DNA of 64,000 bases, taken from assembly GCF_009914755.1 (NCBI RefSeq), contig NC_060930.1; one strand, written 5' to 3'. Position numbers and translations under genes: made by a program. A model generated the notes under the pieces. That model did not search any database. It was not told the DNA's origin and was given only the letters and a program-made list of their open reading frames with translations. Source of the DNA: the human T2T-CHM13v2.0 reference genome, Homo sapiens. This document shows positions 54,365 to 64,000 of the stretch, piece after piece. The stretch's first letter is position 1. Each line of letters starts with the position of its first letter.

Positions 54365-56088
54365 CATGTAGCTGCTTCTTTAGCTTCTATGGATTTTTTT
54401 TTCAGTTAATTTTTTTTCTGAAACTTCTAACTGGATGAGGAGGCAATCCAGTGATTTTTTTTTTATTTAAGACATACCTTTTACTAGATTTTTAATTTAA
54501 TTTGGCTCTTTTATACTGTTACTTCCTCTTGATATTACATCTGATAGTTCCATATCCATGTTTTCTTAAATCCTAGAACTCAGTTATCATACTGATATGT
54601 CCAATTTTTATGCCACTTTTATCATTTCTGTCACCTGGGCCTATTTGTATTGACTGATGTTTCTCCTGGTCATGGATCACACTAAGTGATTTTCTATGTG
54701 TAGGTAGATTTTAAATTTTGGACTCACACTGCGGATATTGCATAGTTGAGCCACTTGATTTTGTTGTTTACCTCTAAAGAAGGTTGAGTTTTCCTCTGGC
54801 AGGCAGTTAATTGACTTGGACACCATTTTGATGCTTGGAAACTTGCTTTTCAGCTTTGCTAGGGTTTGTCTGGAGCTGCCTTTATTATAGGAATATACTA
54901 ATTTTATGTCTAAAGTCTGGCTTTTCTGGGGTCTCTACTGAATGCCCAAGTTGTTCAGTGAGGTCTCTCTCCTTTGGCTGGTCAGAACTCCAGTCTCCAG
55001 CAGTGCTATGTGAGCTCTTTCATCTTTATTGAGCTCACTGTTCCCTTGTAGTTGCTGTTCCTCAGGAGATATCCTTTGCCCTACTCTCTTGTGAAACCTT
55101 TTTCTGTGCACAAGCAGCTTTATGTTTAGCCAATGACTTGAGGAGATTCTATACGTATTCCTACAGCTCCTTTCCTCCACAAATCCATTCTCATTCTTAG
55201 CTGGCCTAGATCAGCCTACCTGAGTAATCCCAAACTCCAATCCCTCTCCTTCATTAAGGAACATGGCTACAGTCCATTTGGGCTCCATCTCTCCACTCTT
55301 AGGGAAGGGTCTCCAAGAAGAAAGCCAAGAAGGGCATCTACGGAGTTGATCTCATTGTTCCCCCTCTCGCAACTCTCTCGGTCCTCTACCGTCTGTTGTC
55401 CAACATGTGGAAACCATTTTTCTATGTCTTTGGTAGCCACTTATGGCAGAGAAACTGGCAATGGGGTGGTCAGACCTGGGCTTCTGTCCATCTATCTGCC
55501 CCTTTTACTTTTCAGCATCTGTCTGTTTGCTGACTCTCATCTGCCTTCCTGCCTTTGCTCTTTTCTTCCTGGCAAACCGTATCTTTTAGATCACTGGTGC
55601 TCAGGACTGAGTGTGCTTCTACCCATTGGAATAGATGTAGATACAGAAAGAGAGAGCTTTGCCTCTCCACAGAATTGCACATATGCTATCCTTGTGAGCC
55701 AAGATAGAAAAGAACAACGCAACCTTCACTTCAAGAATCGGAGGTCAGAATGCTAGAGTTCAAAGGTGGAAAGGCTGCAGTGACCCTTAGTGTGTGTTGT
55801 GGAAGGGTACGCTAAGTGTTTGGTCATTTGTGGTCCTGATATTTTTCTTAATGTGATCTCCTCACCTCCAGATATGCTCCTGCTCTATCAAGCTAGGAGG
55901 AAGGAGAGGCAGCTTAACATTTCTCTTCTCTCAGACCCTTTGCTCCAAGGCAATGTTCCTGAGACATTTTGCTACGCCCTCTGCATCTGACACAAGTTGA
56001 GTCCTGAGCAGTCAGCTTGAAGCATGACTCTTCTAACAGAAACTTCAGTTGGCCCTTCCTTCTCTTATGGTAAAGAACAAATACATAC

Positions 56089-56248
56089 TCATTTGGGTAC
56101 TTTTCTGGGGTTCTACTGTGCTGGTGTGGCGTCATAGATGACCAAGCTTGGCAGGTTCTTCCTGTGACAGTGGTGAAGTATGTGCCTCGATAACTCTGTC
56201 CATTACTGTGGTAGCACTCCTGCACAGAAGGCCCTGTCTCAGTCGGTG
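56089..56248 (-). pseudogene. LPAL2: First kringle IV, exon 1 (part of putative single-kringle ORF)
   Basis: 160 nt, AG/GT bounded; [53 protein letters not shown]. Confidence 0.94.
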
Positions 56249-57219
56249 CTGAAATCAAAACAGAAAAAATTAAGCTGAGTATTTCTTAGAACAGTGAAAC
56301 AGGTAAAGCCATTTATAACAGAAAACAGAAAGGAGTCTCTGAAAATTATGACCGTTCTCATTTCTTTATTTGTAGGCAAATGGAAATGAGAAACAAACAC
56401 CAAAACAACAGATTCCTACCATTCTAGAAGTGTAGTAAGTTCTTAGAAATATTTCACCTAAAAGTTTAGAGAAAAACAACAGATCAGAGTGATTCTCATG
56501 GGAAACTGCACTCACATGCAAACTGGTCTTTAGGGATCTCTACTGAATGTTCATGGCGACCATGGGGCATGAGAGAACAAAGGGCAATGTATTTGGTGGT
56601 GCAGGCTGTAGGTGGTGACTGGGTGTCGAGGGCAGAGGTGGGGACAGACATGGAAACCTTGCATGTTTCCCTAGACCATTGATCACAAGAGCCAAGGCCT
56701 TCAGCTTCTTGGCGATTGGGCAGAAAATGGTTCTGCATCTACTACTGCAGGCAAAAACACTATGCTTCTTAGTGGTGGGTGGAGGCCAAAAGCTTATCCC
56801 ATTGGAGGAGAGATGTAACTTTCTTGTGCCCCACATCCTGCATTGCAATAAAGCAGAAGTCTCCTACTCTTTCTCTCCAGACACCCCACAGGTAAAAGTT
56901 TCATCAGAACGAGGTGCAAGAACCCTGAGAAATCACTGTCTTCAAAGCCTAGGGGTGCAGAACCTGCCTAGGACTGAGGAAGGCCTGAAATATAGAGCAT
57001 TGGGAGCTCATGTACCGCTCCATAGACACAGGGCATTATGGAATTATTCCAACCTTGTTAGCTTTCTCGAGATTTATAGGCTTGAGAGTCATGTTTCTCA
57101 GAATCTGCAATGCTAAAGATTGCACTGGATGCTCTCTACTTTATGATATCTTGGAGAAGCTTACTGGCTTGGAAAAAGTCATCCATCTGACAGCATGTTT
57201 CATTAGGAATTTTGGGCTC

Positions 57220-60200
57220 CAAACAGCATCCCTATCTGCCACTAACATGTCAAGCACCACTGGATCTGCTGGGTCATATGGCCCAAGTGGCAGAGCAGCT
57301 TGCACAGCAGCCTGATTCTGTTGCAGAGCCTTCTCTTGTTCTCGACTTCACTCAAAACTGGCAGCCTTTCAGGTCACTAAATAAATGGGCCAGAGTAACA
57401 GACCCAAATGAGGAAGGTGTTGCCTCCAAAATCCAAGTAGGCCCACTAGGCATTGTACCTCTTTCTTGGTTGTAGGAGGGTTCAAATTCAGCAACTTATG
57501 CTTCACCTTAGAAGGAATAGCTCCATAGGCCTTACACCTCTGAACCGCTAGAAATTTTACTGAGGTAGAAGGTCCCTAAATTTTAGTCAGATTTATTTCC
57601 TATCCTCTGGCATCAAATGTCTCACCAGTAAGTACAATGTGTTTACTACTTCTTGCTCACTGGATCCAATCAGCATAATATCATCAATATAATGGACCAG
57701 TGTGATATCTTGCAGAAGTGAAAAGTGATTAAGGTCTCTCGAATAAGATTATGACACAAAGCTGGAGAGTTGTTATACCCTTGAGGTAGGACAGTAAAGG
57801 TATATTATTGGCCTTGTCAGCTGAAGGTCAATTGCTTCTGATGGGCCTTATGGACAGGAATGGAGAAAAAGGCATTTGCCAAGTCAATGGCCGCATATTA
57901 GGTACAAGAACATGTGTTAATTTGCTCAAGCAATGAAAGCACATCTGGTAGAGCAGCTGCAATTGGAGTCACCACTAGGTTAAGCTTACAATAACCCACT
58001 GTCATTCTCCAAGATCCATCTGTCCTCTGCACAGGCCAAATGGGGGAGTTGAACAGGGATGTGGTAGAATCACCACCCCCTCATCTTTCAAGTTCTTGAC
58101 GGTGATGTCAATCTCTGCAATCCCTCCAAGGATATAATATTGTTTTTGATTTACTATTTTTCTAGGTAGAGGCAACTCTAATGGCTTCAATTTGGCCTTT
58201 CCCATCCATAACAGCCCTCACCCTACCAGTAAGGGAGCCAATGTGGGGTTTCTGCCAGCTGCTAAGTATGTCTATGCCAATTAGGCAGTTTGGCACTGGG
58301 GAAATGACCACAGGATAAGTCCAGGTACTAACTGGACCCAGTGTAAGTCAGACATGAACTAAAATGCCATTAATTACCTGACCTCCATATGCCCCTACTT
58401 TAACTGGAGGACCACAATGATGTTTTGTGTTTTCTGGGATCAACATCAGCTCAGAGCCAGTTTTCAGTAGTTTCCAAAACGTCTGATTATTTCCCTGTCC
58501 CCAGTGCACAGTTACCCTGGTAAAAGGCCAGAGGTGTCCTTGGGAAGGATGGGAGAAAGATAAACACCATAAATTGTTGGTAGCTTAGTAGGGTGCTTCC
58601 TTAAGGGGACCCAGCCTCCCCTTTATTCAAGGGCTTCTGGGTCTGTAAACTGGCTCGAGTCTGGAAATTAATTGAGGGGCCATGATTCTGTGTCTTAATA
58701 ATTCAGATTAGTCTTTTGTCCATTCTACCTGGTAGTTTTCTGTTTATATAAATTAAGTAGGAATGCAGTAGGCTTTCTATCAATTTCACTTCTAGGAACA
58801 TCGTGATTAATTAGCCAGTGCCAGAGCTCTACACGAGTCAGACTATTCTGATTGTTGCTTTGCCTCTGCTGTGCATTATGGTAGCTATACCCAGCATTCC
58901 TCTGATGGGTCAGTGTTGCCACTTGGTCCCTGGCCCTCAGGATCCAATTATTCCCATTGTATTTAAATTTTGTAGTTGAGTGACTGTGGTTCCCACTGTT
59001 AGATCTGACATACAGAGAAGAGCAATTACAGGGCTCTTGAAAAATGCAGGTGCTACCCTCACAAAACTATTTCACAAAGCATTGGTCAAGGGTATATATT
59101 CTGGACCCTCCCAGCTGGGATGAGTAGGTCTAAAGTGACTAATCCAACACCACCATCCTAATCTCCCTAAGCCTTTGGACCCCTTCCTCTACATTAAACT
59201 AAGGGAGATCAGGCATTTCCAGCTCACTCACAGCAGGCCATCTTTTAATCTATATTTCGGGTAATCAAGCAAATAAACTATTAGAACCTTTTTTAAGTCC
59301 CCAAGCTGCAACATTAAATGCAGAATCCCTACTTAGTAGGCCCACATTAATAAATTCAGCCTGATCCAACTCTATGTTACTTCCACCATTATCCCAGACC
59401 CTTAATATCCATTCCCATGCCTGTTCTCCATATTTCTGCTTATATAAATTAGAAAACTCAAGCAATTCTTTTAGAGTGTAATGCATCTCCTCATGGGTCA
59501 CACTCTGAACCTCACCTCTTGGGCCCAACAGGACTTTAGTCTAGTTGTAGGTCTAGAAGCAAACAAGGGCATTGGAGATGCCTCCTAAGGAGAATCAACA
59601 TTATCTTGCCTGGCAACTGCCTCACGGGAGGCCGTCACTGTTGCCTCAAGCAGCGCAGGGTTCACATCCTCAGACAAAGGTGGAAAGGCTAATGGCAGCA
59701 TGGGTCAGGGAGGGGATGTTGCCAGTACTGAGGATGGGGAAGCTGTTTCTTTTCGCAAAAAAAGGTTAATCAAAGTTCATAAATTCAGTGTCCTCAGTTT
59801 CATCAGGGTCCTCTCACATGTCCCCATTCCAAGTTACAGGGTTCCATTCTTTTCTATTCAATGCCCTCACTTTAACAGTAGACACCTGGCAGGGCTGGGC
59901 ATGCACCTTTCATTGCAGGTTAGCTACTCGCATAATAAGAGCTTGCATCTGTTTTACTACAATTTCAACTCTTTCTCTACAGGAGTTAAGACTCTCACTC
60001 AGGGCAATCTTAGCAGATGTGTGGCTCAGTATCTGCTTCTGAAGCCAGGAGACAGAATCCCTGAGTTTATCATTTTCTTTCATCACTTTCTCCAGTGAAC
60101 TTAGGACCAACCAACTTCATTATGCTCCTTGGTTCTCCACATATAGTCAAAGGTATTATGCATAGAGTCACTAAACTCCTTCCCTCATGAGTGGTGAATC

Positions 60201-60406
60201 AGGAGTGTCAAATGCATTTATTTTGCCTAACTCTTTAAACAGTTCATGCCAAGGACTATCAGTGTTCTCCATACTATTAGAAGTAGAGTGCTTTGCATTT
60301 TTGGGTCTAATCATATTAAGCAGTCATATCCAGAAATCTCAAAACCAATGAAAGAACTCCATCCTTAATATTCTGTTCCTCCAGAACCACTCCTGGTTCC
60401 AAAATC
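57220..60406 (-). mobile_element. HERV-L internal region (gag-pro-5' pol), truncated and degenerate
   Basis: RT motif [12 protein letters not shown] (YIDD at 57680-57691), protease-like LLKTGSE near 58460, ERVL gag peptides (WEWILRVWDNGG), PBS-like gattttggaaccagg next to the LTR; many stops. Confidence 0.88.
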
Positions 60407-60446
60407 TATATTACTCAGGGTTCTCTAGAGGGATAAAACTAATAGG

Positions 60447-60491
<45 letters not shown>

Positions 60492-60880
60492 GGGGACCTT
60501 ATTAAGTAGTATCAACTCACAAGATTACATGGTCCCATAATAGGCCATCTGCAACCTGAGAAGCAAGGAAGCCATTCTGAGTCCCAAAGCTGAAGAACTT
60601 GGAGTCCGATGTTCAAGGGTAGAAAGCATCCAGCACAAGAGAAAGACGTAGGCTGGGAAGCTAGGCCAGTCTAGCCTTTTTACATTTTTCTGTCTGCTTT
60701 GTATTCTGGCCACGCTGCCAACTGATTAGATGGTGCCCACCCAGATTAAGGGTGGGTCTGCCTTCCCAGCCCACTTACTAAATGTTAATCTCCTTTGGCA
60801 ACAACCTCACAGACACACCCAGGATCAATATTTTGCATCCTTCAATCCAATCAAGTTGACAATCCGTATTAATCATCACA
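60407..60880 (-). mobile_element. MLT2A 5' LTR of the HERV-L, with internal (CA)n
   Basis: Minus strand begins tgtgatgattaatacggattgtcaacttgattggattgaaggatgc, matching recalled MLT2A; (CA)n at ~60450-60489. Confidence 0.88.
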
Positions 60881-60889
60881 TAAACAATA

Positions 60890-62575
60890 GTAATATACTC
60901 AAATATGTATCTTAAGGATGGTTGTTCTTTATACTACCTCATTGAGGTTCTCTGAATTTCCTGAGTTTGTGTGTCGACCTCTCTAGTTAGACTGGGTAAA
61001 TTTTCATGGACAATATCCTCAAATATGTTTTCCTCATTGCTTGCTCTCTCTCCCTTTCAGGGACACCAATGAGTCATAGATTTGGTCTCTTTACATAATC
61101 CCATATTTCTCAGAGGCTTTGTTCATTTTTTAAAATTCTTTTTCTTTATTTTTGTCTGATTATGTTAATTTGAAGAAACAGTATTGAAGGTCTGAGATTC
61201 TTTCCTTAACTACTTTTATTATACTAATATTTCTGATTGTGCTATGACATTCAATAGTGAGGTTTTTTTTAGCTCTACAAGAGAGGGTTGGTTCTTTCTT
61301 CAAATGGCTTGTCTTTCATCTCTTGAATCATTTTACTTCATTCCTTAGATTACTTGAAAGAGGTTTCAATTTTCTCCTGAATCTCAATGCTCTTTGTTGC
61401 CACCCAGATTCTGAATTCCATGTCTGTCATTTCAGTCATTTCCTTCTGGTTAGGAGCCATTGCTGGAGAGCTAGTGTGGTCATTTGGAGATAAGGAGACA
61501 GTTTGGCTTGCAGAGTTGCCAGAATTCTTGCGCTGCTTCTTTCTCATTTGTGTGACCTGATGTTCCTTTAACTATGATATAAGTTGACTTCATTTCTGGA
61601 TGTTTTCAGAGGGCCAAGGTGGTGTACAAGGTCTTTATTTGTGGTTGAATTCTTGTCCATGGTTTTACGGGGTGGTATATTAGCAAAGTATTTTGGATTT
61701 TGAAGATTTTGATTTTGCAAACTAACAGGTAGGCTCTTCTTCAGCCACATGGCTCCTCTGTATTTCCTCACAATTGCTTCTCTCCCACTTGAGTTCCAGT
61801 TGCAGATCTCAGCTTAGCATTCTTTGGCCGTGTACCGCAGCCCTGGGGCAAGCTCAGGCTTTGTTTTGGCTCCATAGCTTGGGAGAAGCAGGGGCAGGGG
61901 CGTCAGGGTGCTTGCAGGGAAGACACACTAAACTTTTTTTCCATAGGGTGGCTGGGGCCTGCTGGTGTGTGAATAAAGCACTCAGGATCTTTGTTTCTTC
62001 CCCAGTCCACAGACAGCAAGGGCAGTACCACTGCAGTGGCAGTGGCAGATGGGCTTTCAGTCGCCTCTGGGAGCTCCATCCCACAGAAACACAGAGAGCT
62101 GCCAATGGAAATGTTCAGCTGAGTATGAGGTGCCTGTACTGTGTGCCCAAGCCAGGAAACCTGCCTGGTGAAGAGTAACAGGTGGGAGCTCACAGGGAAG
62201 AGAGACTGGAATTCTTTCCATATAACCCCTGCTGTGTGCTGGAGGCATCAGGGAAGTGACCAGGTCACTTTGTTCCTTCTGCAGCCCAAGGGCAGTAAGG
62301 GCGGTATTGCTGCAGCTGAAATGGCAGAGGGGCTGTGGGTTGCCTCTGGGATTTCCTCCCCAGAGAAGCACAGTGCCTTCCTGTGCTCCCCTGCCTGAAC
62401 ACACTGACTAAAGTGTTCAGGCAGGGCCAGGGTGGTTGTGCTCTGCCCATTGAGGAGTAGCCGGGGCAGGCACCAGTGCAGAAAACAGTGTGCCCACTTT
62501 TCCGTAAGGCAGCTATACTGTGCTGGAGGTCCGTGAGAGTCCTGAAGCTCCTCGCTCCCTCCTGAGCCTGCACTT
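60890..62575 (-). mobile_element. Older primate L1 (L1PA13-16/L1P4-like) 5' UTR and ORF1 N-terminus
   Basis: ORF 61350-61547 MRKKQRKNSGNS...PNDHTSSPAM...EMTDMEFRIW resembles L1 ORF1p starts; GC-richer 5' UTR upstream. Confidence 0.7.
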
Positions 62576-63753
62576 TAATCTCAAGAGTTTGAGATACACA
62601 GTGGTAAGGAAGAAAGTAACAATGAGTACAGCTAATGAAACCCAGGAAGACAAGTCAATGCACAGAAATAATTCCAACCTGAATAAATATTTTTAAAAAT
62701 CATATTTATAGAGGTTTGCAGTGATACTAAAAACAATATTACAAGTCGTTATTAAGAATAGAAGTACAATGTTTCTCGTCTTCTTTAACACCTGTGATGC
62801 AGGTGTTTGATAAGAATTCTACCTAATGGCTGCATTGCTCCTTGCCACCACTCCAGGAAGGTTTTATAGCACTCAGGCTCCTCAGGACACCTGGCAGAGC
62901 TTTGGCAGCTCTATTCCAAGCCTAGAGATTTCAGTTCCATCCTTGGCACAGAATGCTAGTGATTTTCACAGGGTGAGAGGCCAAAAGAGGCTATTAAAAT
63001 GAAGACAGCCAAGCTTCCATGGAATTAGGCAACAGGACAACCTTGATCTCTTTGAGGGGTGAGGTGGGGGCCACAGGCAGATGGAGTGGATTAAAGAATG
63101 ACTAGTAGAGTGGCAGCAGAAGACAAGCCTGGCTCTGAAGGCAGCAAGTCCTCCAGGGAATATGGGGTCAGGGGAGGTTCTGAAAGATGACACACTGCAG
63201 AGAGCGTGTGTTTGTATGCTGATGACAAGTATCAGTAGAAAGGCAGATGAACGGATTCTCATTCTCAGAAAGACCTGTCCTGACCTCCTGAGAGTACACA
63301 GAGCATGAGGGCAGGACAGGGAGGAGGACGCACTCTCATTGATTCATGCAAAGTCCTCGGCCAAAGTTTACCTGCTCTCCACCTCTGTGACTTTGTCCTT
63401 TCTCAATTTAAGATGCTCCAAGCTGGAAAAATGGATTATTGACCAGTAGTTGGCTGATGCAATTCTAAAGCTAATACACCAAAAAGCACTTGAGAGATGT
63501 ATCAGAAGATCATAGAGAAATAGATACTTTAAGCTAATATCCATGTCTTCACCCTGCACTGTCTTCTTATTTGAACTCCCTTTTCCGGGAAGAGTTGTGC
63601 TTGGGTAAATTCTATAGCTCACAGTGTGACTTCAAAACACATAATAAATTCATAAACTGTTTCCTACAGTGAGTTATGTTAAACTTTCTGAAGAGTGTTT
63701 TTGAAATGTAGGAGAGCAGACTACAATTGATATTCAAAAAGAGGAAACTTCCT

Positions 63754-64000
<247 letters not shown>

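Noticed and set aside
57220-60406. Coding-competent or domesticated HERV-L genes
   Set aside because: Only short ORF fragments; protease Asp replaced by Lys; truncated within pol.

Overview
Human genomic DNA, most likely the 6q25-q26 SLC22A3-LPAL2-LPA-PLG cluster, identified from recognised peptide sequences. The + strand carries the last two coding exons and 3' UTR of SLC22A3 (OCT3; 1913-2012, 5190-~6770). The - strand, tail-to-tail with it, carries nearly all of LPAL2, the apo(a)/plasminogen-like pseudogene: five two-exon kringle-IV units, kringle V and four protease-domain exons. The signal-peptide exon was not found in the window. Lesions visible in the sequence: two GT>AT donor losses, a nonsense codon, three frameshifting indels, an L1 inserted exactly at a splice donor, an exon-pair deletion that leaves a chimeric kringle, and apparent loss of the two protease exons carrying the catalytic His and Asp. 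Most notable: the LPAL2 terminal exon and 3' flank look like PLG rather than LPA and interdigitate with the SLC22A3 3' end, suggesting the ancestral PLG position, gene conversion and possible SLC22A3-PLG antisense pairing. Also present are a ~1.45 kb complex GGT/GAT VNTR, a MER11 solo LTR, MST/THE1 and MER21 LTRs, MER1A, Alus, old L1s and a truncated HERV-L. Comparisons to PLG, LPA and repeat consensus sequences are from memory, not from alignments.
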